Position numbers and translations under genes: made by a program. From the NCBI GenBank assembly GCA_030532415.1, contig JAUNLE010000003.1, positions 11,107 through 51,195 of the forward strand: 40,089 bases of DNA, given 5' to 3'. Position 1 is the stretch's first letter, and each line of letters begins with the position of its first letter. This document shows positions 16,348-25,381 of the stretch, one piece after another. The notes beneath the pieces were generated by a model. It was not told where the DNA came from, did no database searches, and saw only the letters and a list, made by a program, of their open reading frames with translations. Origin of the DNA: Coriobacteriia bacterium. GTDB lineage: Bacteria > Actinomycetota > Coriobacteriia > Coriobacteriales > JAEZZM01.

Positions 16348-16896
16348 TTGGAACTTTCAATGCAAGAAGTATTTGGACGAGATATATCTGCCATATTTAA
16401 CCCAAGACCACTTGTCTTGATAGGGGTTTGCGATCAAGACAAGACTTGCAATTTCACCACGATTGTGTGGCTTACTCCTCTTTCTCACAACCCACCTTTG
16501 CTTGGCTTTTCTCTTCGAAAGCAGTCAAAAAGCTACAAAATTCTAGAAGAACACCCCCTATGTTCACTTAGTCTTTTTGATGATGAGGGTGCTCAAACCT
16601 TCGCTGAGTGTGGTCTGAAGAGCGGCAACAAAATAGATAAAACTCATGTTTTACCGTATCGTCTAGAAACAATTAACGAACAAGCAGTGCCGATTCCAGA
16701 AGCTGCCATAAGTCTTGCTATTGTTGAGGTTTATGAACGAATTGATTGCGGCGATCACGTTTTGCATCTTTGTAAAACACATAAGGCTTATTCCAAAGAA
16801 GTAATTGAGGACAATAAGCTCATCTCTACTCACCCACTCCTGTGTATTCAATCAAAACGGTATACCCAGGCTCATGCAGGTTTTGAAGTCGAATAG
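16348..16896 (+). CDS. Flavin reductase-like (FMN-binding split-barrel) protein
   Basis: 182-aa ORF. The N-terminal PRPLVLIGV...TTIVWLTPLSHNPPLLGFSL is typical of the flavin reductase domain. The start is uncertain: TTG at 16348 directly after the PadR TAA, or ATG at 16360. Confidence 0.7.
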   Translation: MELSMQEVFGRDISAIFNPRPLVLIGVCDQDKTCNFTTIVWLTPLSHNPPLLGFSLRKQSKSYKILEEHPLCSLSLFDDEGAQTFAECGLKSGNKIDKTHVLPYRLETINEQAVPIPEAAISLAIVEVYERIDCGDHVLHLCKTHKAYSKEVIEDNKLISTHPLLCIQSKRYTQAHAGFEVE

Positions 16897-16935
16897 CAAC
16901 AAAAAAGAATACAAGATGAGCTTATCTGCTAGTTC

Positions 16936-18312
16936 TTATAAAAGCTCTTGAGCAGCCCAGGCGCCATATTCTCCTGTCCACATACCTTGAAGCTGTTCGA
17001 AAACTTTATCCCAGTCGAACTTGTTTTCAAACACAAGCTCAAGATAGTTGAGTTGCGAAAAGCCAAGGCCATTCACGCTTTTTTCAGCAACATCTTGAAG
17101 TTCAGGATGACTAAGCGCATGAGATGCCATGGTATAAGCGCAGGTTGGGCAATTATTAACTTGTAGGTTAGCTACGGTAAGTCCTTCGTCAAAGAGCTCT
17201 TGAGCACGTTTTGGACCAATATCAGGGTCTACAAGCGAAGTTGATCCTGAAGCCCAGCAACATTGAGCATTTTTGCCACGATAGCGCATCTCTTTAATTT
17301 CGTTTTCTTTAAATAATTCTCTAATGCATGCACCATAGCGCTGGTCTCTATCATGACAGGAATCAAAGACACAAACTTGTGCCGCTTGATTCTTATCTTC
17401 TTGATCAGGAGATGCCTTGAGTGATTGTGCTACTTGATCTGAAGAAATCGTAACACCTTGCTCCACCAAGAGTCTTGGGAGCGGGATTAATTCAAATTCG
17501 TCATCACTATGAATAGCCTCTTTGAGCTCTTCTTCACAACCTGGGCAGACAAATACGATTTTTTTAATGCCCTGGCTTATCATGCGATCTCTTAGCGAAT
17601 CTTTGAAGGTAGTAAGATCTCTATAATTGCCTGCGCTCTTAAGTGGAGAACCGCAACAATCTTCAGTAATGATAGATGGATAACCGTGCTCGTTTAGCCA
17701 ATCAAACACCTCGCGCGTAAGTTCTGGCGCATAGCTTGCAAGCGTACAACCTGGGAAAAATAGATATTCAGGCTTGGTATTTTCTTTCGATTCACCATCT
17801 TGTGCCTCTTGCTCTTCACGCTCTTCTGCCGTGAGCAGGCGTGGCATATCAAGATATGAAATACCGTTAATCGCGCGGTAGGCAGAGAACAAGTGCCAAG
17901 GCTCATCAATTTTGGTGAGTCTAAAATCGCGTTTGTTAATTACATCTGCTTCGTACATTAAGGCACGAAGAGCGGTATAGGCTGCACGAGCATCAATATC
18001 TACAGGGCAGTAGATGGTGCAAAATCCGCACATGCAACAACGTCTGATTGCAAACAGAATATCTGGTCGAGTTGTGTGCAAAACCTTACGAACATGTTCG
18101 AAAAACTCTTCTTCAGGAGCGTTCAGCTTGCCTTCGCTTAAAAATGAAGTGGAAGGATCGTCTGGATCTCGCCACATTACGTGTTTACAGATTTGCCCAA
18201 TTGTTAGAGGGATTTCAGTATCGAGTACTACACATCGATGAGTACAAATTCCGCACTCAGTACAGCGATAAGCTGCATCTTCTATAACTTTGAGAACTGA
18301 GTTAAAATCCAC
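16936..18312 (-). CDS. HdrD/GlpC-like Fe-S oxidoreductase (2x[4Fe-4S] ferredoxin domain plus two CCG cysteine-rich domains)
   Basis: 458-aa ORF with CTECGICTHRC and CCMCGFCTIYCP cluster motifs. CCG-domain motifs are FFPGC, CCGSPL, CPGC and CCWASG..CPTC. GTG start at 18312 with AAGGGGAG 6 nt upstream. Confidence 0.85.
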   Translation of the reverse strand: MDFNSVLKVIEDAAYRCTECGICTHRCVVLDTEIPLTIGQICKHVMWRDPDDPSTSFLSEGKLNAPEEEFFEHVRKVLHTTRPDILFAIRRCCMCGFCTIYCPVDIDARAAYTALRALMYEADVINKRDFRLTKIDEPWHLFSAYRAINGISYLDMPRLLTAEEREEQEAQDGESKENTKPEYLFFPGCTLASYAPELTREVFDWLNEHGYPSIITEDCCGSPLKSAGNYRDLTTFKDSLRDRMISQGIKKIVFVCPGCEEELKEAIHSDDEFELIPLPRLLVEQGVTISSDQVAQSLKASPDQEDKNQAAQVCVFDSCHDRDQRYGACIRELFKENEIKEMRYRGKNAQCCWASGSTSLVDPDIGPKRAQELFDEGLTVANLQVNNCPTCAYTMASHALSHPELQDVAEKSVNGLGFSQLNYLELVFENKFDWDKVFEQLQGMWTGEYGAWAAQELL

Positions 18313-18380
18313 TGGTATCTCCCCTTTTTACCGTATGCTGCTTACTATGACAAAGCATATCATCAAGAAACGTCTTAACC

Positions 18381-18821
18381 CTACACTAATTTCATCGGCA
18401 TAGGCTTACACGTATCAACTACTGGACACTCCACACACTCAGCTCTTACGTTTGGCTCAATTTCATCCAAGTGCGCCGGCACAAAACCAAGCTTCTCATA
18501 AAAGCCGACTGAACTACCTCGAGCGACAAGCCTCAATTCACCATACTTTTTATGGACGTAGGCTATGAGCTCGCGACCAAGTCCATAGCCTCGCCAAAGT
18601 TCATTAACGACAATAGGGTTTACGTGAGCAACCTTTTGTTCATCAAAACTTAAACGAATTGCTCCTAAAACCTGATCATCTTCATTTACTATTACATACG
18701 CCGTATCACCTTCGGAAAAATCTCCTAAATTATCTTGTAAGGCGTAGTAATTGATCAGTTCAAGGTCATCTGATCGAGCCTCACGTATAGCAAGTGACTG
18801 TCCTACTTTATCTTCTAGCAT
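18381..18821 (-). CDS. GNAT-family N-acetyltransferase
   Basis: 146-aa ORF with acetyl-CoA motif NELWRGYGLGRELI. It overlaps the upstream gene by 7 nt. Confidence 0.8.
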   Translation of the reverse strand: MLEDKVGQSLAIREARSDDLELINYYALQDNLGDFSEGDTAYVIVNEDDQVLGAIRLSFDEQKVAHVNPIVVNELWRGYGLGRELIAYVHKKYGELRLVARGSSVGFYEKLGFVPAHLDEIEPNVRAECVECPVVDTCKPMPMKLV

Positions 18822-19792
18822 GGTGGCAAATAAATCTTTGATCGAGATTGTGGAATTGCTTTTTTGCCCAGCTCTTCAAGGCCTTTTATGACATCTGGCA
18901 TGACGCTCACTGGTATACCCATGACCATGTACTCATCCCCTATGTCGGTTGAGGCACGGCAGCCATAACAACCAAAAGAAATATTAATCTCATGATTGAG
19001 ATAAGGGAGCAGCGTTACCTCAACACACTGAGCATTATAGCCTGAAGCATGAAAATCATGACGATGGCCCGTGTAGTAAGAAGTAGCCATTGAAAGCCAC
19101 ATCATTTGCTCAGGAGTAGCAGTGACTGCAATGACCTCTGGCTGGGTCTTTGCTTTAGCGAGTGGAGTTACCACAGTAGCTTCGATGGTGTATGGATCTA
19201 AATGTGGGCGCTCTTTTACCATTTGCTGAGCAGCTTCAACCGTAGCAAGTTTATGGAAGAGAATATAGAGCTCTCCTGATGCAAGTTTCTTTGGCATCTC
19301 ACTTAAACCTAAGATTGAGGTACCGTCAGGACAGGCATGTCGATTGACCGGCAGCATAATTGAAAGACCTCGACGTGCAGCAAGAAGCGATTGGCAATAG
19401 CGCATATGCTCATTTGGAATTGGCACGTCTGGAAGAGGCTCTCCCTTTTTAATCAAAGAAATACTTACTGGCTCCCAGCGTAAGTTAAGAATATCTTTAA
19501 GCTTCTTCGCCCAGCTTGCGTAGAGTTCTTTTTCTTCTTTTCCCAAATCTTCTGCACGTTTAGCAACCTCAACAGGTTTAGCATTTGGATTAGGAATAAT
19601 CTTGATGCACTGTTCTGGACACTGTCCTGAGCACGTTTCACAACCCCAACACGCCTCTGGTTGCACTATCACAGGATAAGAATCCATCTCAAATACGTCG
19701 ACAGGACAAAAAGCCTCGCACAAACCGCAGCTCGTACATGCATCGAAGTCTATTTCAACACTATAATCAAAGGCAGTATTTTGTTCACTCAA
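18815..19792 (-). CDS. Fusion of a 2x[4Fe-4S] ferredoxin domain with a DUF169-like domain
   Basis: 325-aa ORF with N-terminal CTSCGLCEAFCP and CWGCETCSGQCP. The remainder (WEPVSISLIK..., MRYCQSL, GCYGCR) resembles DUF169/COG2043 from memory. Apparent TTG start. Confidence 0.65.
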   Translation of the reverse strand: MSEQNTAFDYSVEIDFDACTSCGLCEAFCPVDVFEMDSYPVIVQPEACWGCETCSGQCPEQCIKIIPNPNAKPVEVAKRAEDLGKEEKELYASWAKKLKDILNLRWEPVSISLIKKGEPLPDVPIPNEHMRYCQSLLAARRGLSIMLPVNRHACPDGTSILGLSEMPKKLASGELYILFHKLATVEAAQQMVKERPHLDPYTIEATVVTPLAKAKTQPEVIAVTATPEQMMWLSMATSYYTGHRHDFHASGYNAQCVEVTLLPYLNHEINISFGCYGCRASTDIGDEYMVMGIPVSVMPDVIKGLEELGKKAIPQSRSKIYLPPC

Positions 19793-19868
19793 AACGTATC
19801 GCCCTTTCTTTACTCATCTACTTTACGTTTGCAAAGGTAGTTCTTATGTAGTGCCAAGCTACAAAAAT

Positions 19869-21173
19869 TTAAGCTAAATGCGCCTTCATCCATGGTGGAT
19901 ACACGCGTTTACCCTGACTATTCGTTAAATGATAGGCACAAAATGGAATAATATTTCCATTTGGCATTGCCACACTCATTGAGCACTCTCTAAGGCGCTG
20001 TGTATCTAGGTTGTACGCGTCCATATAATTCATGATAATCAGTGATAAGCTTCGTGAATAATCTAGCTGCAAGTCTTCAGCAATATCGAAAAATACTGAA
20101 CCTTGTGGACTTGAAGGATTAAAACGGGCCTTAAAATCGTCATGCGTTATATGTCGAGTGATAGCCTCATAGCTTTGAGGATTATCTTTGTTTGCAATAA
20201 GAAGGGTGCCGGTATCACACAATGGGTGAGCACAACCGAGTGACCAAATATCATGAGGCTCTAAAATACCATCAGATTGTTCGGCAAGCTCAAAGATTAC
20301 ATCTCCCATGGTTAGCGGCAAGTGTTCAGCATCAAAACGACCTGAGGTAAATGCAGGCTGCAGTGCAAGTCCAGCTACCACGTCGATGTTATCAAGTGCA
20401 AACTTAAGCAAATCGCCCAGCTGTTGATCGTTGAGGCCTTTAATAACTGTCGTAGCAAGCACTACTTGAATATTTGCCTCACGACAGCGCTCAACAGCAC
20501 GTAATTTTTGTTTCAAAATATCACGGCCGCACGTTGCCTCGTACACCTCACTTGTCAAACCGTCGAATGAAAGGTAGACACCTGTAAGGCCTGCTTCGAC
20601 CAATTCTTCAAGATAACCGTCGCGCGTAGCAATTATAAGACCATTGGTGTTAAGCTCAATGCCCCAAAAGCCCTTGTCGCGACCCATTTTAATAATCTCG
20701 GCAAGGTTTTTGCGCATGGTAGGTTCGCCACCTGTAAGTTGCACAGCGCCGTCAACACCCGCAGCAGACTTTATCGTTTCATACATGATTCCGATTTCTT
20801 CTAAAGTCGGATCGTGTTTGTGGTTGTCTGCACTCATAAAGCACACTGGACAGCGTAAGTTGCATGCCTGGGTAACCTCAATTTCAAGTAAGGTTTGCTT
20901 GCGCTCGTGTCGAGAACAAGTACCACAACCCAAAGGGCAAGCCTTCGTGCGCGCTATCGTATTTTGAGGGGCAACTTTAGGAAGCTCTTGGTCCATAATC
21001 CAGCTATAGTGATCGAAATCCGGCCAAATATAGCTTTTGAACTCACCGTGCTCAGGACAGGTTCTTCTCATCCAAACCCTGTTATCATCCTCATATAAAA
21101 TAGCAGGCAATTCGCGCAAGCAGTCAGGACAAACCGCAGTTGTTTTGTCTATATCACGCATCAAATCTCGCAA
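19869..21173 (-). CDS. Radical SAM enzyme, COG1964-like architecture (N-terminal rubredoxin/Zn-ribbon, auxiliary Cys motif, rSAM core)
   Basis: 434-aa ORF with CPDC...CPEHG, then CPLGCGTCSRH, then the canonical CNLRCPVCF (Cx3Cx2C) and GGEPT. The start is ambiguous: TTG at 21173 or ATG at 21161. Confidence 0.85.
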   Translation of the reverse strand: MRDLMRDIDKTTAVCPDCLRELPAILYEDDNRVWMRRTCPEHGEFKSYIWPDFDHYSWIMDQELPKVAPQNTIARTKACPLGCGTCSRHERKQTLLEIEVTQACNLRCPVCFMSADNHKHDPTLEEIGIMYETIKSAAGVDGAVQLTGGEPTMRKNLAEIIKMGRDKGFWGIELNTNGLIIATRDGYLEELVEAGLTGVYLSFDGLTSEVYEATCGRDILKQKLRAVERCREANIQVVLATTVIKGLNDQQLGDLLKFALDNIDVVAGLALQPAFTSGRFDAEHLPLTMGDVIFELAEQSDGILEPHDIWSLGCAHPLCDTGTLLIANKDNPQSYEAITRHITHDDFKARFNPSSPQGSVFFDIAEDLQLDYSRSLSLIIMNYMDAYNLDTQRLRECSMSVAMPNGNIIPFCAYHLTNSQGKRVYPPWMKAHLA

Positions 21174-21211
21174 TCAAGTTACGCTTAAAACTTGTACTAA
21201 CTGATTTAAGC

Positions 21212-22069
21212 TTATTCGTCGATATAATTTCTAGGATCATGATTTGCATTTGGAGGCGTCACCGCACGAATGTTGTAGTAATCAATCCACTGGATTGAAC
21301 GGTGTGGCACAAAAAGATCATGTTGATATTTAGCAGCTTGTTCAATTGCGCGCATACAAGAAACTGCGTGAGCTAAATCTTGAGCCTCATCAATATCTGC
21401 TATTGGTGACAAGTAAACATTAGGAATATTTTTTTCAGCTAAATTTTCAACATATACATCAAGGGCAGCACGTCCGTTAACGTTGTAGTACACGTCGGTG
21501 TGGTCGATATCGGTATCTTTAGAATATCCAACTAAGGAAGTACCGCACTCTTGACAAGGTGCTTGAACAAAGCCAGGAGTACCTAAATCGTTGAAGTACT
21601 CAAGCCATCTAAATGCCTGCTTAATATGTTCTTTTGGCATGGTTGGAAGGTCGCCTCCAACTGACACTATCGACTCATAGCCCATGTCAAAGATTTGCTG
21701 AAATGCGTCGTTGAAGTGTTCATCGAAATTGGCACCAGAATCGCAAAGATAGTGAACTTCAAGAGGCCAAGGTCCGATTTTTTCAAAGGTCTTTTTCATC
21801 TCTTCAACATTTGAAGCTGGCGTCGTAGATACAAAAAAGTCGTATTGAATTTTTGTTGCATCTGGATCAGCCGCTACTAATTCATCATTTTCTTGTTGAA
21901 GCTCCATGAGAGCCTGCATGCTCAAATCGCTTACATCATAAAGACAGCGAGAGTAAAAATCAGCAACTTGCTCATCAGTAAACTTAGTCGTTGCAACGAG
22001 GCGCGTTTTTACTAAGCCTGGAAGTGGTGGTTTACTGAAAATAAGAAGTGCTTCTTTTTTTTGATTCAT
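21212..22069 (-). CDS. DUF2064/COG3222-like nucleotide-diphospho-sugar-transferase-fold protein (MobA/CofC-related fold)
   Basis: 285-aa ORF. The N-terminal LLIFSKPPLPGLVKTRL and the middle VGGDLPTMPKEHIKQAFRWL match my recollection of the DUF2064 consensus. RBS AGGAGA overlaps the stop codon of the upstream Mo enzyme gene. Confidence 0.6.
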   Translation of the reverse strand: MNQKKEALLIFSKPPLPGLVKTRLVATTKFTDEQVADFYSRCLYDVSDLSMQALMELQQENDELVAADPDATKIQYDFFVSTTPASNVEEMKKTFEKIGPWPLEVHYLCDSGANFDEHFNDAFQQIFDMGYESIVSVGGDLPTMPKEHIKQAFRWLEYFNDLGTPGFVQAPCQECGTSLVGYSKDTDIDHTDVYYNVNGRAALDVYVENLAEKNIPNVYLSPIADIDEAQDLAHAVSCMRAIEQAAKYQHDLFVPHRSIQWIDYYNIRAVTPPNANHDPRNYIDE

Positions 22070-22077
22070 ATCTTCTC

Positions 22078-24294
22078 CTAGATATTGGTATGTACTTTTT
22101 TAATTTCACACCTGAGTGCATTATATTTCCACGTGCCTATGACACCTTTGAAAATCTGGATATCGCAATCGGTCAGCTCATTTATATTTGATTCCTTATA
22201 GCCGCCAAAGCTCGGTTCTTTGAGCTCTTGCTCTGGATACCACCAGCCGTAATCAACGCTTACAACATTGGGGGCCATGCGAGCAAAAGCAAGCTTAAAG
22301 CGAGCAGAACCCACTTCGTTAGAGACTTCAACCCAATCCCCTTCATCCAATCCCAAAACGTGCGCTGTATCTGCGCTCATGGTAGCAAGTGGATGAGGAT
22401 AGACCTCTCTAAATTGTTTGCGATTATGATACATGCTTCCATTATAAGGTTGTTTTCTATTGCCGCTGATGAGATGAAGTCTAGGGCTTTGATTGATAGA
22501 ATTTTTCCCGCCAATTTCTACATATTCTTCTATTTCAACTTGTGGCAGTCTGCCAGCACCCAAGTTTTCAAACAGAGTGCTTGCAAGCTCTATTTTTCCG
22601 GAATAGGTAGAAAAACCGCGAAGTTTCGCTTCACCATCTTCTTGCAAGTACTTATAGTACTGTGGCGCTTGCGCATAGCTTCCATACTGCTCGAAATATT
22701 CTTCTGTAACATGAGCTTTCTCAAGACAGTATAAAATATCTTCTTTAAGCGTTTTACGAGGCCATTTGTCGGCTTGTCCCAAGCGCTTGCCTAATTCGTA
22801 ATAAACATCGTACTCATCTTTTCTTTCATGGAGTGGCTCTATAGCAGCAAGGCCACCATAGGCTAGGTTTGCAACTCCCCCATGAAGCTGTAGCATAGGG
22901 CGTTCTAAAACGCCTGTTACCGGCAAGATGTAGTCGGCAAGTGCAGTAGTCGATGTCATAGTATGCTCAAGACAAACGAGTAAATCCAAAGATTTGAGTG
23001 CCGATAAAACCTGTTCACTATTCGCATACGTTAAAAGCGGATTAGTTGCTTGTACAATTAAAGCTTTAATTGGATACGGCTCATGCTCGAGCATCGCTTT
23101 GAAAACTAAGTCCGGATGCGCTGAGGTCATATAACGCATTGGTAGTGCTAGCTCGTGTTTTTGAGTATAGCCCAAGACCTCTTCATATCCTTTAAAGCAT
23201 TGAAGGGGCGTAATGGCTGTATTAAGGCAGAAAGATTTAGCCTCATCAGTTAGCTCTTCGCCCATCTCGAGTGAAAGCTCACTTACAAAATCGGGCTTGG
23301 TGTTAAGTACACAGGCACCAGGCTTATCGATTTGTCCGCAAATGGCCCTTAATATGTTGATTGACCTATGAGTTGCAAGCGTATTTTTGCCAAGCTGGTC
23401 AACTCCACGCCCACTCACGATACAAAAAGATTGTGCATGAGCAAGCGTGTGAGCAAGCTTTTGAATAGAAGCTGCTGCAATCCCACATACATCAGCGGCA
23501 TACTGAAGTGTATAGGAGTCCACATAGGTCTTAAGCTCATCAAAGCCATAACAGTACTTTGAGACAAAATCCTTATCGTAGAGCTCCTCATAAATTATTT
23601 CTCTAATGAGCGCGAGCAATAAAACAGGATCCGTACCTGGGGTAATAGCGAGCCAATCATCACTTTTACGAGCAGTTTGCGTGTAGACAGGATCGACGGC
23701 AATGATCTTGGTATCGGTTTTGGCAAGTTTTAGAATAGTTCGCCAAAACATTGAATTATCTGATTGAGAGGGATTTGTACCCCAAAGCATAAGAACTTCT
23801 GTTTTGCCAAATTGAATATCGGGCTCTATAGTCCAGCCAAGTTGAATGGTTTCAGTCCAAATGCGTGGATTCCAGCATATTTGACCGATACCCATATTAT
23901 TTGGCGAGCCAAGTATATTCATGAATCTGTGGAGCGGCCAGTATACGGTATGAGGTCCTCCAATAGCACTTGCGATCGTTTGAGGACCATAGTGTTTGCT
24001 TAGTGATTCAATCTTTTCAGCAATTTCATCGAGCGCCTCATCCCACGTTATGCGCTCAAATTCGCCAGAGCCTCTTTTGCCGACACGACGCAGCGGGTAG
24101 TTAATTCGAGACTCGCCATATACATCTTCTAAAATGGTTTTCCATCTTCTGCAACCATTCATAATTTGCTTACTATATGGGTAGCGAGTTTCATCGGGCA
24201 CTAACTCGCTTACTACTCCATCTTCGACTTTAGCAATAAGACCACAAAGATAACCACAATATTGACAAACGGTCCGCTTGAACTGAGTTGTCAT
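22078..24294 (-). CDS. Molybdopterin oxidoreductase, DMSO reductase family, cytoplasmic type (MoOx-2)
   Basis: About 738-aa ORF with FS0 motif CQYCGYLC...C, RINYPLRRVGKRGSGEFERITWDEALDEIA and no Tat signal. I prefer the ATG at 24294 (AAAGG 6 nt upstream) over the TTG at 24300 in the ORF track. Confidence 0.9.
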   Translation of the reverse strand: MTTQFKRTVCQYCGYLCGLIAKVEDGVVSELVPDETRYPYSKQIMNGCRRWKTILEDVYGESRINYPLRRVGKRGSGEFERITWDEALDEIAEKIESLSKHYGPQTIASAIGGPHTVYWPLHRFMNILGSPNNMGIGQICWNPRIWTETIQLGWTIEPDIQFGKTEVLMLWGTNPSQSDNSMFWRTILKLAKTDTKIIAVDPVYTQTARKSDDWLAITPGTDPVLLLALIREIIYEELYDKDFVSKYCYGFDELKTYVDSYTLQYAADVCGIAAASIQKLAHTLAHAQSFCIVSGRGVDQLGKNTLATHRSINILRAICGQIDKPGACVLNTKPDFVSELSLEMGEELTDEAKSFCLNTAITPLQCFKGYEEVLGYTQKHELALPMRYMTSAHPDLVFKAMLEHEPYPIKALIVQATNPLLTYANSEQVLSALKSLDLLVCLEHTMTSTTALADYILPVTGVLERPMLQLHGGVANLAYGGLAAIEPLHERKDEYDVYYELGKRLGQADKWPRKTLKEDILYCLEKAHVTEEYFEQYGSYAQAPQYYKYLQEDGEAKLRGFSTYSGKIELASTLFENLGAGRLPQVEIEEYVEIGGKNSINQSPRLHLISGNRKQPYNGSMYHNRKQFREVYPHPLATMSADTAHVLGLDEGDWVEVSNEVGSARFKLAFARMAPNVVSVDYGWWYPEQELKEPSFGGYKESNINELTDCDIQIFKGVIGTWKYNALRCEIKKVHTNI

Positions 24295-24303
24295 TATCAA
24301 CCT

Positions 24304-25194
24304 TTACTTACTATTTAATGATTTGTAATTTCGGACACCACTAAGGTCTTCAAAAAGAAAACGCGTATCAATATGCGTTCTAACCCTATCCCAGTCCACG
24401 AATGAATCGAAAAGAAACTCAAGATAGTAATAAGTTGGTACGAGATTTTGTGAGAAATGTAAGACCTGAGTACAGCTGAAACAGTCGGTTACTAAGGCAT
24501 CGGCATTTGCATCAAGCGCTTCTTGTCCTTTATAGCGCGAAGCAGCTTCTCCCTCATCATATTTGCCAACTGCATTTAACAAAGAGCCACAGCATCTACT
24601 TGTCTTAGGGGTATGATCCAGTTCGACAAGGGCATCTGGCTTAAAGAGCGCACGAGCCGGTGCACCAAACTTTTGTTTCTTGAGATCTTTACATGCATCA
24701 AAAAACGCGAGCTTAGCATCCGTATTTCCAAGTTCTTTGTGGATAACTTCGGTATCTGTTTGACATCCAAGTTCTACTAACACTTGTGGAAGTGCAAGAA
24801 TTTCAATATCGTCGAGAATTTCGGCATCTTTAAATAAGCCACTAAATTCAATATTACAAGAGGGACAGGCTAAAACGATTTTTTTCACGCCATGATTATG
24901 AAGGGCCTCTAAGAGTCGCTCTCCATGTGACTTTCGAAAGCTTTTGTCATTTTCCCATCTAAGTAGTGAGCCGCAGCACACTAAGCTTATTCCTTGAACG
25001 ACATTCGCTTCACGTAAAATCTTATAGGTCTTGTCTACAATATCTAATGACATATTTAAGTATGCACAGCCTGGAAAGAAAATTGATTCAACGTGCTTTG
25101 CTTCAATCGGCTGTGTTTGTGAAATCGTATCCACATCACCATCAAAGCTCACTCTCGTATCAACGAGCACGTCATCAAAAGTGAATGTTTCCAT
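24304..25194 (-). CDS. HdrB-like protein with two CCG cysteine-rich domains
   Basis: 296-aa ORF with FFPGC, CCGSLL, CPSC, then FFDAC, CCGSLL, CFSC. RBS AAGGGGA. First gene of the locus-2 operon. Confidence 0.8.
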   Translation of the reverse strand: METFTFDDVLVDTRVSFDGDVDTISQTQPIEAKHVESIFFPGCAYLNMSLDIVDKTYKILREANVVQGISLVCCGSLLRWENDKSFRKSHGERLLEALHNHGVKKIVLACPSCNIEFSGLFKDAEILDDIEILALPQVLVELGCQTDTEVIHKELGNTDAKLAFFDACKDLKKQKFGAPARALFKPDALVELDHTPKTSRCCGSLLNAVGKYDEGEAASRYKGQEALDANADALVTDCFSCTQVLHFSQNLVPTYYYLEFLFDSFVDWDRVRTHIDTRFLFEDLSGVRNYKSLNSK

Positions 25195-25302
25195 TTTTTA
25201 TCCCCTTATGTATATGGTAAACGTGGCATTTGCAAAGCTCATGCACAAATATATCCCATCCATTTATCTCAATGTATAACGCACTATTAGATAAAGTCAA
25301 GT

Positions 25303-25310
25303 ATTATACA
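25303..25310 (-). promoter_or_regulatory. Possible extended -10 element (TGTATAAT) for the locus-2 operon
   Basis: The minus strand reads TGTATAAT about 110 nt upstream of the ATG at 25194. The -35 is poor, so this rests on the sequence pattern only. Confidence 0.3.
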
Positions 25311-25381
25311 AGTTAAGGGGTATTCATGAAGAAATGCTTGAGAACATCTAAACTATCAAGGTTATTCTCATTTGATTTATA

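Noticed and set aside
19869-22069. DUF2064 plus radical SAM as the known 'rSAM/selenodomain-associated transferase' (arsenosugar ArsS) neighbourhood, possibly linked to the ArsM-like gene at 2955-3905
   Set aside because: The radical SAM here has the COG1964 architecture (N-terminal ribbon, about 434 aa). That is not the ArsS layout I recall (N-terminal rSAM plus a C-terminal Cys/Sec-rich DUF3641 domain). The ArsM-like gene is 16 kb away and lacks the As-binding cysteines.
22228-22734. 168-aa antisense ORF within MoOx-2. Similar antisense or nested ORFs lie in other large genes (552-764, 1067-1306, 1326-1604, 1679-1972, 3604-4009, 20644-21098, 23368-24003, 25498-25841, 26631-26900, 27692-28128, 30696-31082, 31679-33588, 34514-35386, 37271-37563, 38132-38365, 39023-39966).
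   Set aside because: All overlap confidently assigned CDSs on the opposite strand or in another frame and lack motifs and translation signals.
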